DNA of 64,000 nucleotides, taken from Eledone cirrhosa (Eukaryota). The position numbers and the translations under genes are program-made. The first letter of the stretch is position 1; each line of letters opens with the position of its first letter. A model generated the notes under the pieces. It saw nothing but the letters and a program-made list of their open reading frames with translations, was not told where the DNA came from and made no database searches. Below are positions 1-11,773 of this stretch, piece after piece. The stretch lies in the NCBI GenBank assembly GCA_964016885.1, contig OZ024747.1:34782001-34846000 (forward strand), written 5' to 3'.

Positions 1-2812
1 AACAACAGGTGGTGGTACTCTCTCAAGAGGGCAGTTAGATTAGACTCGATAGGTTTCAGTAAAGAATTAGTGTTAGATAGAAATAAGGCCAAAAAGGAAC
101 TGGTAGATAAATTAGAAGAGGCACCTAGGAGTGGCAACATAGCCAGCGCGCTAGCGACAAGAACGGCCTTGGACCAGTTCTTCGACGCAAAGCATGAAGG
201 CTGCGTTTTCAGAAGCAAAATACGTGCTCTGGGAAACGAGGGAGCCAAAGCTGTTAGCTGGGCACGAGTGACGGAGGCGAAAAGTGACAACAATTCCACG
301 ATTCGGTCTTTGAAGGACCCAGACGGACGCGTGATACGTGAGCCGAAGCAAATGTGCGCGGCCTTTCAGTGGCACTTTGCCCAACTGTTCGGGCAGGGCG
401 GCGCGCCGGGAGGGGCTATGGATTTCGGTTCATACATCGACGGCCTACAGCGACTCTCGGACAGCGAGGCGAAGTTCTGCGAAAGGTCGATTTCGGCCGC
501 TGAGATATGGGACGCGCTGAGCCAATGCGGCAAACGCAAATCTCCAGGTCTAGACGGTCTACCGTACGAATTTTACGTAGCAATGCCGGACTTGTTCTCT
601 GGTCAACTGGCAGCAGAACGCGAGAATTCCCAGTTCTGTGATCAAGGGCGTATTCATGTTAGTCAGGAAGGTCGAGAACAAGCGGGATGACATAGGCAAC
701 TTCCATGCCATAACTCTGGTCAACACAGAGTTTCAGATTTTGGCCAAGGTGTTGGCAAAGTGGCTGGCACTTGTTGTCGAAAACCTGGTGGGAGAAGCGC
801 AGACATGTGCAATCTCGACCAGGTCCATACACGACAACCTCCACCCCATGCGATACATCATAGAGAGGGTGTAAACTCGGCTTCGGTGGGGCCCTGATCA
901 ACTTGGATCAGTCTAAGGCTTTCGATAAATTTGACCATCGTTACCTGGATGCGGTGCTCGAGGCGGCATGCTTCGGTCCCTTGTTCAGGGGCTGGTTGCT
1001 GCAATGCACAACAACAACATCTGCTGAAGGGTCAAGGTGAACGGCTACGTATCGGAGCCGTGCCATATCACGCGATCCATCCGACAGGGATGCCCTTTCT
1101 CCTCCGTTCTATACGTACTGACTCTCGAGCCACTACTGCGGAAGTTGGAGCTATTGCAGGGCATCCCTTTGGAACCGGGACTGCGAAAAGCGGCGTCGGC
1201 CTACGCCGGCGACATGACAGTAATGGTGTCGAACACCTCGCAAATCGGGGAGATCGGCACCGTACTGGAGGAATACGAACGTTTCACAGGAGCGAAGCTG
1301 AACCGGGACAAATCCGTCGGTTTGCAACTCGTAACATGGAGAGGCAAACCGATGCCTTCCGATGACGTCGTCGGACGCTGGACGGAAGGTCCGGTAAAGC
1401 TGCTCGGGGTCTCGTTTGGTCCTGACCTCCAGGTGGAGAAGAACTGGAACGAGGTGAGGGCCAAGATGTTTGCGCTGACCCAGAAGTGGGACGAGTGCAA
1501 ACTATCCTTAACAGGTCGAGCGGAGGTGGCGAACACTTTTATAGCATCCGTCATCTACTACCGCTTGACCGTTGTGCCTTGTCCAGTCAAAATGCTCACC
1601 AAAATGGAGCACGCTCTCTTCCAATTCCTTTGGAAGAAACAGGCTCCTTTTGTGAGGAGATCCATCTGCTGCCAACACCCTTCAAACGGAGGGCTGAGGA
1701 TGCCGTGGCTGACGATGCGCAAACACGCGCTCAGACTGCGGACCTCCACGTATTCCTCACCAGACAACCGGTGTGGGCCCCCTTCGTGAGGAGAGCCTTT
1801 CCAAGAATTATCTCGCTGACCGAGCTTAGTCCTTGGTCAAGCAAAGACCGAGGAAAGTGGGCGACTGGCACATCGAATTTGCTCAGGCGCTCCCAGTCCT
1901 CTGGCAAACGGACCCGGCGATCAGTGGAGACTCCAGTTCGATATTCTATAGAGGGTTGGTCCGCAGCAAGTGCGACGACACGCTGCGCGAAACTCTAGGC
2001 GTAGAGTAGGACGAACTGGCCAGTCTGTTCGGTAGGACTTTTCGCCCGGGACCAAGGGACAACTTCCAAAAGTCCCTGGCCTGGCAGTGCTACCGAGGAG
2101 CCCTACCAGTTCGAGACAAACTCTACAGATACGGGCGCCCACGTAGGGAGCCTTCGAAAAAGATCTGTCCGAGATGCGTGCGCGACGAGGAAACCGTCGC
2201 ACACGCATTTGTACACTGCCCGGGCGTTACCGACCTGTGGGGCTATGTAGAACGACTATTGTCGCGGGTGGCACCAATCTAGTTGACCACCGATTCTATT
2301 GTCAAGATCAAACCGCCATCCTCCTTCAAAAACGAGGTAGAGGCGGTTTTCCTATGTGTTATGGCTATGGTGAAAGCGTTATATGGTGGACGAGGTTAAA
2401 AGGGCTGAGGTCAGACACCTTTCTCTCCGGCGAGCAACTGATTCGTTTTTTCAAATATCATTTTGGAAGAAGAATCAGGATGGAGAGAGAGGTGATGCAC
2501 CCCAGAACATTTTATAAAAGGTGGGTGAATGTGGCAAAGATGGCCCGAGTGGTTGGGCGTTCTCTCTATATAAGCTTGTAGGTTGAGGAAAAAGAGGAAG
2601 AGAGGAGGGGAGTACTCACTCTTGGTGCTCCTGCAGATTAGGATTGTACATTTTTTTCGGGGTGTGTTACACCCCTGTGTAACACCCCCCCCCCTATTGG
2701 GGCTTTCAATTGTTATTTGTTATTGTATTAATAGTTTCATTTTCATATACCTGTATGTAAACTCCCCATTTGTATTTGTCCACCTCTTTTGTGCCCTTGT
2801 GGCTAATAAAGA
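1..2812 (+). mobile_element. Tx1/L1-clade LINE, 3' part of ORF2 (RT + C-terminal zinc knuckle), frameshifted
   Basis: ORF pieces with KSPGLDGLPYEFY, ITLVNTEFQILAKVLA, SIRQGCPFS, AYAGD (degenerate YADD), GGLRMP and a CPRC..ETVAH-type region; ends in AATAAAGAAA; runs off the window at the 5' side. Confidence 0.85.
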
Positions 2813-2820
2813 AATATATA

Positions 2821-4049
2821 CAGGGTGCGGATATTATTTGAGGACAGATTCAGGGTTTAAAAAAAAACGCTTATATAATAACAGAAAAAAAATGTATTCT
2901 TATAAAAATAACATAAACATAAAGATGAATTATCAATTTAATAATGTCATTCAATAAAACCACCATAAGCATCAATAACTACCTCTACGCGAGGTCGAAA
3001 TCGTTTGCAAGCTCGGATTGCGTGGTCCATCGAACAAACTCGAACTATTGCGGCTTTCAAAGAATCTTTGGAGCTATGAGAGGTGTTCAGTGACATTTTT
3101 CTCAACAATGCTCCATACATAGTAGTCCAGTGGATTGAGATCTGGAGAATTAGGAAGTCAAATTTTGGGGGTGATGTGATCATGCAATTTTATGGTTATC
3201 AATTCATGTGTTATTTCAGCCTTGTGTGATGGTGCAGAATATTGTTGAAAGACATACGGCCTTCCAGTGAATACACTGTACATCCAAGGCTTAACAACTT
3301 TATCCAGAACCTCAATATACACAGTTGCATTCACCATAAGGCCTTGTGGGGGAAAAGGGAGGAGGATCACATGTCCTTCATTGCTAACAAAACCCCAAAC
3401 CATGACACTTGCAGAAATTCTGTTGGAACCTCAGAAGGGTAGACACATAGCCACCTGTCATTTCTTCTGTTAGTTTTGTGGTCCTGGTCAAAGCTTTTCC
3501 CATCTGAGAAAAACCAGATCACACTATCTTCTAATGGATTTTTAAGTTTGTCAAATGTCTTTTGGACCTGATTAAACGGTTTTCTTTTGTTTTGTTCTGA
3601 CATGAATTGACCTCTCCCCACCACGTAAGATTTGTATCTGATGTCTTCATGTACAACATTTCTTATTGTTTTTCCTGACACACCAAAGATTTTTACAATT
3701 GACCTCATTGATTTTCCTGGATTGTCATCAATGTTTTGCTTATCTACCTGAATAAATTCAGGTGTCCTGGGAGAATCAGAGCGTTTGGAATGTTTTTTAC
3801 GTTTTGATACAGGTAATACTCTTCCATCTTCTTTCTCGAACTCACACTGAATCTTGTGCAGCTTTCAGAAAACGAGAAATTTCTAAATCTTCATACTTGG
3901 CCTTCAAAGCCACAATCACAGCATGTCTTTTCATTTCATTAGTAAGCATAGTTACTTTCATTGTTATTTTCTGAAATAGAAGTTCAATAAAAATTAGTAA
4001 AATAAAATAATGGCTAAAAATGCATGTGTCTTCAAATACCGTCCGCGCC

Positions 4050-4052
<3 letters not shown>
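2821..4052 (-). mobile_element. Tc1/mariner DD37D (maT-type) DNA transposon, decayed transposase
   Basis: Imperfect ~26-bp TIRs (cagggtgcggatattatttgaggaca / tgtcttcaaataccgtccgcgccctg) flanked by TA; minus-strand WFFSDGKSF, VWGFVS, FQQ(Y)SAPSH and SPDLNPLDY, with 37 residues between the 2nd and 3rd catalytic positions. Confidence 0.9.
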
Positions 4053-4097
<45 letters not shown>

Positions 4098-4277
4098 CAT
4101 CTTGTAACTCCAGTGGGAACTACATTTTCATACACCGTTTCTAGGGAATTTGTTAATTTGTTTAAACCCGGCAGCACCTATCTTTCCAGGTCTGAATACA
4201 GAAGATTCCTTCCAGAGAAACATAGAGAGAGAGAATGGAAGTGAGAAATACATATAGAAGAAGAATCGACCCCGGTA

Positions 4278-4432
4278 CTAGACTGGTACTTTTTTTACCA
4301 ACTTCGAATGGGTGGAAGACGAATTTGACCTCGCTGGAATTTGAACTCATAGATCAGAGAGTCGAAACGAATACCTCAAATATTCCATCCGATGTTCTAA
4401 CGACTCTGCCAATTCACTGCCTTCGCCTCCAG
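4278..4432 (-). mobile_element. tRNA-derived SINE (octopus-type, Meta-domain-like body)
   Basis: actggtact...gacctcgctggaatttgaactc (reverse B-box GAGTTCAAATTCC); related copies near 4647-4710. Confidence 0.65.
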
Positions 4433-5669
4433 GTATAGATTGTTAAGCATGCATGCATGAATGGTCCGTATCTCCTAAGCGCAAGTTGTGAGCGCTATAT
4501 TAGATTACGGTGTTTCTAGGGCATTTTAAAACCTAGCGGGGCGTATCTCGTCTCTAGGTCTGAATACAGCAGATTTTTTTCAGAGAAGGATAGAGAGTGA
4601 TAGATGGAAGTGAGAATGTATTATAGAGGTTGAATCGAGATCAATACTAGACTGGTACATTTTTATCGACTTCGAATGGAGGAAAGGCAAATTGTGCTCG
4701 GGCATTCTAAGCGTAGCCTCTAAACTTTCGTTTTCGACAAAAATAACATATGTTGGTTTAAAATATAATGTTGCTTCTTAAAAAGAAGGTAGGTGTGATA
4801 TGGCAAGGATTAGTTTGCTTCGTCTAGCAGGTCGAGCAACCATGGAATAGCAACCGTATTGTCTTAATGTTCAGGAATGTATCTTACAAGCACGATAGCT
4901 TATATGCTTCAGATACTTTTCTTACTTGTGAATAAAACAAATGAATTATGTGTAGAATATAATTGCTTTCTTTTGTTTCTTTATATATTATAATTCATTA
5001 ATAACACTCACATACACAATTATATTTTCAAGTTTTATTCCTATTGAATTTGCAGTTTGCTTTTCCAAATTCACGTTTTTCATACTTTCTCATTCAATTC
5101 GCTTCAGCAAACTTAGATATTGGCACATGAACAGACAATCTATTTTTATGAAAGCTATTCATGCATTTGTACATGTTTCAATAATGAGGTATTTTGAAAT
5201 AAACTCATCTGACTGATTTTGATTCACCGTAAGAATATATGCAGTTACTACTATAATACAATCATTAAACGTAAAAACAGCTCTATTTATTACTTCCCAT
5301 AACCATTTCTTCAATTGACACAAGAACGATGGCAGAGTGGACATTAAATATTAAAACAATAAAAGCAACAACCAAACGAACAAACAAACGACGGTGTGAT
5401 TTAACACGGATTTGTTTATGAAATATGGAACGTTTACAAACATATATTTGAAATGTTGCAATACAAAAGACAGATAAAGGCTGAACGTATAATTATACAA
5501 ATATCTGTTTCATAATCCTTTCAAAATTGTTATTAACTTCCCCGCCAGAGAAATTCCATTATCCTATTATCAATGCTGTTAATGTTCTGTTTTAGAACAG
5601 TGCTCCTGGTATTGAGAGAGAAACAGAGAAATGGAGAAGGATATATAGAGGAAGAATCGAATTCAGTAT

Positions 5670-5825
5670 TGGACTGGTACTTTTTTATGGACCTTGAAAT
5701 AATGAAAGGTAAAGCTGACATCGGCGGGATTTGAACTCAGAGAGACGAGAGCTGAATCGACTACTGCAAACTCTTTTATCCAACGTTCTGACGTATTAAG
5801 TAGTAATATATCGTCGGCTAATTGA
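5670..5825 (-). mobile_element. tRNA-derived SINE, same family
   Basis: ggactggtact..atgaaaggtaaagctgacatcggcgggatttgaactcag. Confidence 0.7.
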
Positions 5826-6329
5826 AACCGTCTGATCCTCCTCCCACCAATTTCGAAAACCCCTCCAACCCGAGTGCGCATGTCAATCCTACCCATGAAG
5901 TTAATGAACAGGGGAGTTGAGAACACCCTACAGAATCGATATAATAAATTACCAATCAAGTACTGAAATCAACATAACCGATTAACTTTCCCAACCACAC
6001 AGAGTTGCTGTCTTTCTGCCAAAATTAGAAGCCCTTCAGTGCCAATGGCCAATGCGAATATTGTTACTATACCTACAGGAAACGGGTGCACATATATATT
6101 TAGTTCACATTTTGGTTTCTACCGAATATCAGTGCCTTTTTAGAACAAGGAGAGAGAGATTTTGACCTACATTTGTGTCGTACTATTACTGCTGTTACTA
6201 CTACTGCTGCTGTTGTTGCTGCCACTACCACCGCTGCTGCTGCTGCTACTACTACTAGTGTGATTTTCTGTACTATGATCACCATATCAACAAACCACTA
6301 CAACTTGCCTCTATAATAATTGCTTCTAC

Positions 6330-6520
6330 ATTTGGCACTAGGGCAGCAATTCACCAGTACATTACTGGTACTTTATATTATTGGTACTTTATCCCTGTGA
6401 GGATGAAAGGCAAAGTTAAACTCGGCGGAATTTGAACTAGGTTCGTAAAGGGAAGTAACTCTTTGCTGGAAAGCATGGCGTCCGACCTTCTACCGATACT
6501 GCCAATCCAATGGCCACTAA
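6330..6520 (-). mobile_element. tRNA-derived SINE, same family
   Basis: actggtacttta..ggatgaaaggcaaagttaaactcggcggaatttgaact. Confidence 0.7.
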
Positions 6521-7617
6521 CAACAAACACAAACAACATCACTACCATCAGTATCTACACTAATGTTTCACTTATTCATAACGTTATTAATGTCTAATTA
6601 CATTGATATCAATTATTACAATTCTTAATGAATTCTCAGGACGTTGCATCATTAAAATCAAAGAATAATTTCTCTATTTGATGCTTCATAATTTTATCAG
6701 ACTTTAGCCTTTACTCTAATTATATTTATTCACAAAATCATTCATCATTGTTTTTTTCCATTTATTTCACGGGGACAGTGGAGCAGTTTAAAGGCCTTGG
6801 TTACTTATATAAGAAGAATATGTTCAAATATATTCAAAATGTTTGTCGTTTTTTTCTAATCATTACAAAATCATGTTTGAAATTATAAGAAATTTAACTC
6901 TCCTGTTTCTTAAAAAAGAAGCGTCTGATTTCACATATATTTATTGAAGTTCAAATTTAAATTTTCTCTCGGGATGTATGTGTGCGCGCGCGCGCGCGTG
7001 TGTACTTAGTAAGCAATTTGCACACGTACACATCACGTTTTCAATATCAACGCCGAAACGAGCACAGTCTAATAATAAGTCCATAAACATGCTTACATAC
7101 TCTATCGTACACCTACTTAAAAACATGAAAGATATACACATATATGTGTGACATAGACCTACACAACATTTCAACATTTAGTCTTAGATAGCCAAGCACA
7201 TATATATATATATATATTGAGGACATCGAACAAAAAAGATACATAAAATCATACACGCAAAAATACATATAGGCATAACTGTTTAAGACATGATTACACA
7301 AGAGTGAACAAAATATCTTAATTAACGGCTGGTTATTGAAATACATTAAAAGCAAAGAGCAGTAAGTAGAAAATCGTGTAAGAATTTTTAATCAATGCGG
7401 AGAAAAGTAATGGAATACTTCTGATAATTATGATTTGTATTTAAAATAATGAGGTATAGATTTTGACATGCGTAGAGAAAAGATAATCAAAGAAATGCAG
7501 ACAGTTTCGTTTTCTACTAAAACGATCTTTCATGATATTCTATGATTTTTTTTCTATCCATTATATAGATATAGGCTTTTGTATATGCACACACACGCAC
7601 ACACAAATATATATGTG

Positions 7618-7726
<109 letters not shown>

Positions 7727-7742
7727 ATATAAAATAGAATTA

Positions 7743-8170
7743 GGATTTAGCTTCATGCCTAGCTGTATACAGATATGTTTTGAAATTTCGTAATTCTAAA
7801 GAAATACGGTATGTTTATAGATAAACATTTAGAAAGCACTAGCTATGCAAAACACCGGGACTATCGTCCTCTTGTGGTGTCGAACAGAAGCAAGGGGGAC
7901 AATCGTTGATGCATTTCGAACTTAACTGGTTCTCATCAGGACGATCCCTTCCACTCTTGCGACTGCTGGACGTGAAAACAGCCGAGAATGTCTGGTTTGG
8001 CTCAACATATAATAGGAGAGTGCATCGACAATTGTCATCCTTGCTTCTGCTGTACACTACCAGAGGGTGACAGCCCCGGTGTTTTGTATAGCTACGGCTT
8101 TCTAAATGTTTATCTATAAACATACGATATTTCTTTAGAATTACGAAATTCCAATACATATCTCTCTCTA
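7743..8170 (-). mobile_element. Non-coding PLE-type mini-element with inverted ends and a hammerhead
   Basis: Inverted arms ~7768-7859 / 8074-8165, flanked by microsatellites; internal HHR. Confidence 0.65.
7902..7945 (-). ncRNA. Type I hammerhead ribozyme
   Basis: Minus strand: atcgtc CTGATGA gaac-cagttaa-gttc GAAA tgca TC aacgat; palindromic stem III ATGCAT; one mismatch at the base of stem I. Confidence 0.75.
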
Positions 8171-8196
8171 TATATATATATATTTATATATCTACA

Positions 8197-8385
8197 TCTA
8201 AGGCCGGTAAAATTCCCGAGATCCATGGACGAGTTCTCTCCAGCGGTCTCTGTCCCTCATTATCGCTGCCATGTCCTTCGTCTCCAACAGACCAGTGTCT
8301 GTCCTTAGGGCATCAACATACGTTAACCTTGGTCTTCCTCTTCTAGTGTGTCCATGTAGGGGCTCCCACAGGAGCACTGAGTGCA
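8197..8385 (-). mobile_element. 3' tip of RTE LINE (same family as 43145-45085)
   Basis: Translation HSVLLWEP..RGRPRLT.VDALR..ELVHGSREFY matches the C-terminus of the 632-aa ORF. Confidence 0.9.
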
Positions 8386-9053
8386 TATATATATATATAT
8401 ATATATGTCTGTGTGTGTGTGTGTGTGTGAATATATGGCGCGAATTCATTTGTCTGAATTTAGCTACCCAAAATCGCGTGTTATGATCTGCGAGAATTTC
8501 CTTCCTCTTTTTCATTAGAGGATAAGCGACTGAGAGACTTGAACTATTGTAAAACTTATCCAGCACTAAAGCCTTACTCACACAACATGGAAATAGTATT
8601 AAATCATTGGGCAGTCCTGCTGAAGACGTGTGATAGCACGATTGCGTAAATATCTGCTTATTTTACATGATCTTCTGAACACTGCAGTAGTGAAATCTGC
8701 ATTTGTAAAGAAATATTACACAGACACGATCGTTCAGGAATTTTAACATACAAAAGCCCAGGCAATGCTCTACACTAAAACTAAATATGTGCATTCTGAA
8801 AGGATGATTGCAGCTGCATATCTGCAATTCACTAGATTTGTTGAGTGAGCTAGACACTGGCCGAAGGATGCTGTATTAATACCAGCGATCTTTGATAATA
8901 ATGTTGTATATATATATATATATATATTAATAAGAGGAATTCCAACTTTGTCTGATTTACTCGTTTTATTTACAATCCTTTAAAATATATATAATATAAA
9001 TAATGGTATTATAATGAAATAGTATGATAGTATATTAAATTCTAAGTGTTAAT

Positions 9054-9092
9054 TGAACAAGTACTTTCATGCTTTCGCAATCTTCAGGTTCA
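9054..9092 (-). ncRNA. Minimal type I hammerhead in Neptune 3' pLTR
   Basis: tgaac CTGAAGA ttgc-gaaa-gcat GAAA gtac TT gttca; palindromic stem III. Confidence 0.75.
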
Positions 9093-9466
9093 TGATATGT
9101 GGTGACAGTCGAGTTTGCAATTTTCAACTGTAATGAGATGGGTAAATTTCCTAGCTTTTATACATTTTATACAGAGAAAAGTGGCTCCAGAATGCAAAGC
9201 CCTGTAAACTGTATTTCGACCAATCAGTGTGTAGTTTCACTGAATTACTACAGCTGATTGGTTTAAGCGTCACGGCTGGTTGAGCATGCTAACGACCAAT
9301 AGTCATATCCAACGTATCAATTGTTTTGCTTTTTGAAATGAGGAAAATAGCATTTTCTATTAATCATCACCATCAACATCACTTTTATTATTATTATTAT
9401 TGTTGTTGTTGTTGCTGTTAGTGGTCGTGGTTATTGTGGTAGTAGAAGTAATACCCCTAGGCGTTA

Positions 9467-11773
9467 TTATTGTTCATTTAGCTTGGGTTTGAATTTATCA
9501 ATAACATTCTTTTCTTTGATTTTTCTCTTGATTTCACTTGGGCTGTGTAATTTGTAGAATGGGAATATTATAAATATTCCCTGACCACATGTTGCCAGGT
9601 GGCCGCTTAGGGGTATCTGACGGACATTTGGGTCTCTGATTTGTTGACGGTGTACCCGTGCACGTTCCGATAGTGCATTTCCAGTTTGACCGACATATAG
9701 TTCTTCACAATTCGGGCATTTAATGCAGTAAATTAGATTTCTGCTTTTGCAGTTCATATTTGCATTTGGGAATATTTTTCCAGTTTTTGTTTTCATATAT
9801 TGACCGGCGTGTATGGATTGACATGTGCCGCATCGATTATCATTGCATTTAGATACAGTGAATGATTGGTCTTTGTTGTTAAGGTCAAACTTTGCTTTTG
9901 TTAGCAATTGCTTCACATTTTTTGGCTGTCTTTTACTAAGAGTCAAAGATCGATCTGTGATTAAGCCTTTTAATTCATTACTTTGAGCAATGATCGGTAG
10001 GTTTGCTTTGGCAGTGTTGAAGATATTCTGGTGACATGGGTTGTGTGTCATTATAAATGGTATGACCAGTTCTTGGTTTCTTCTTCCTTGGGTTGTTCTA
10101 AGTTGTTGTATAGGTATTTTTATAGCCCGCTGTATGCCATTTTCTATAAGTAGAGATGGGTATTTTTGTTTGAGCAAAAATTCTCTTAGTTCTGTTAGGC
10201 GTTTGTACCTGGTATTCGTATCTTCTACAATGGTACACATTCTTCTGGCTAGGCAGTATGGGATGTTGCGTTTTGTATGAGGTGGATGGCACGACTTAAA
10301 ATTCAGATATTGATCGGTGTCTGTGTGTTTATAATATATATCCGTGGTAATGGTGGTGTCGTTTTTGATTATCATTATATCTAGGAATGGTAATTTGGTC
10401 CTATTCATCTCTTTTGTGAATTGGAGAGATGGGTGTAGGTTATTCAGGAGGATATTGAACTCATCCAGAGTATCTAGAGATTCTGTCCAGATGATGAAAC
10501 AGTCGTCAAGGTATCTCTTCCAAGATTTTTCAATGTACTTTCTAAAGTCAGTACTATATTTTTCCTCTATTTCTTGGTAGAGTTGTTGTTCTAAGTATCC
10601 CATTACAGAGTTCGCGTAAACGGGAGCAAACCTCGTTCCCATCGCTGTGCCTCTAATTTGGATGTAATTCTTTCCATTGAAGAAGAAAGTGTTGTTTTCC
10701 AGAATAAGTTTAACTGCGTCTAATATAAATGGCGCTGTCAATCTAATGGGAATCACTTCTCTATGTTTTTCTACCCAGTATTTAACCGCCTTTATTCCTA
10801 AATCATGTGTAATGTTGGTGTAAAGGCTTACCACATCAAAACTGAGTAGAAGTGAATTCGTTTCCGTGGTTTTGGGAAGATGGGACAGGAAGTCGATATC
10901 ATCCCGGATGAAACTGGGTATGTGAATACATAGTGGTTTCAAAATAATGTCAACAAAATTGCTTAGACGGTGAGTGGGGCATGTTGGACCAGCTATAATA
11001 GGTCTAAGTTTTAAGTCTTTTGGGTGTAATATTTTAATGTACTCACTGTTTTGTTCTCTTACTGCCAGTTGTATTTCTTTTGACTTGTGAACTTTCGGTA
11101 GGCCATACAGGTTGCTGGGTTTCGGCTCAAAATTGGTGATGTAGTCTCTTTCCTTATCAGTAAATGAGTTGTGGTATTTTGAAGCCAGGTTGTTGATCTT
11201 CTTCATAATGTTGTGGTCTATATTTGACGGTATTTCATGATAGAATATTGTGTCTTTCAGTTGTTCCTCAACCAAATCCTTGTAGTATTCAGTTTCCATT
11301 ATAACAACTGCACCCCCTTTATCTGCTTGTTTAATTATTATTGTTTTATCATTTTGTATACGTTTAAGTGCAGACATTTCTGATTTGTTAATGTTTGGCC
11401 TAACATTAGTATTATGTCTAAGAGGAAATTTAGACAGGATGTCAATGTATTGGTCGAGATAGATATTTCTTCCTTTTGGCGGAGTGAAATTTGATTTATT
11501 CTTTACTAGTGATTCATCACTCTCATTAATTTTATCAGCGAAGAATTCTACAAGACGTAATTTTCGACAGAATTCTTGGGTATCCTCCTTCAGTTCTTGG
11601 TGGTTGACTGTTGGAGTCGGTGTGAATTTCAGTCCTTTTGACAGAATTTGCATTTCATCATTGTCAAGATCTTTTTTAGATAAATTAATTATTTTAGGAT
11701 CTACGTGTACAGCTGTTTTGGGTATGTTTCCTCCTGGAGTTTTTCTTTTTCCGGTTTTTGTTGTCCTGACGTT
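9467..11773 (-). CDS. PLE reverse transcriptase + GIY-YIG endonuclease (frame open upstream of Met 11653 as far as the slippery site)
   Basis: IINLS..ILSKGLKFTPTP, ADKG, LYGLPKVHK, RPII, FDVVSLYTNI, GTAMGTRFAP, RYLDD, FLD, a C-x4-C-xx-C linker, NLIYCIKC..LYVGQT..R...H. Confidence 0.93.
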   Translation of the reverse strand, partial: NVRTTKTGKRKTPGGNIPKTAVHVDPKIINLSKKDLDNDEMQILSKGLKFTPTPTVNHQELKEDTQEFCRKLRLVEFFADKINESDESLVKNKSNFTPPKGRNIYLDQYIDILSKFPLRHNTNVRPNINKSEMSALKRIQNDKTIIIKQADKGGAVVIMETEYYKDLVEEQLKDTIFYHEIPSNIDHNIMKKINNLASKYHNSFTDKERDYITNFEPKPSNLYGLPKVHKSKEIQLAVREQNSEYIKILHPKDLKLRPIIAGPTCPTHRLSNFVDIILKPLCIHIPSFIRDDIDFLSHLPKTTETNSLLLSFDVVSLYTNITHDLGIKAVKYWVEKHREVIPIRLTAPFILDAVKLILENNTFFFNGKNYIQIRGTAMGTRFAPVYANSVMGYLEQQLYQEIEEKYSTDFRKYIEKSWKRYLDDCFIIWTESLDTLDEFNILLNNLHPSLQFTKEMNRTKLPFLDIMIIKNDTTITTDIYYKHTDTDQYLNFKSCHPPHTKRNIPYCLARRMCTIVEDTNTRYKRLTELREFLLKQKYPSLLIENGIQRAIKIPIQQLRTTQGRRNQELVIPFIMTHNPCHQNIFNTAKANLPIIAQSNELKGLITDRSLTLSKRQPKNVKQLLTKAKFDLNNKDQSFTVSKCNDNRCGTCQSIHAGQYMKTKTGKIFPNANMNCKSRNLIYCIKCPNCEELYVGQTGNALSERARVHRQQIRDPNVRQIPLSGHLATCGQGIFIIFPFYKLHSPSEIKRKIKEKNVIDKFKPKLNEQ

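Noticed and set aside
8612-8655. Hammerhead at ctgaagacgtgtgatagcacgattgcgta
   Set aside because: The GAAA core is missing and stem I is not evident; at most a relic
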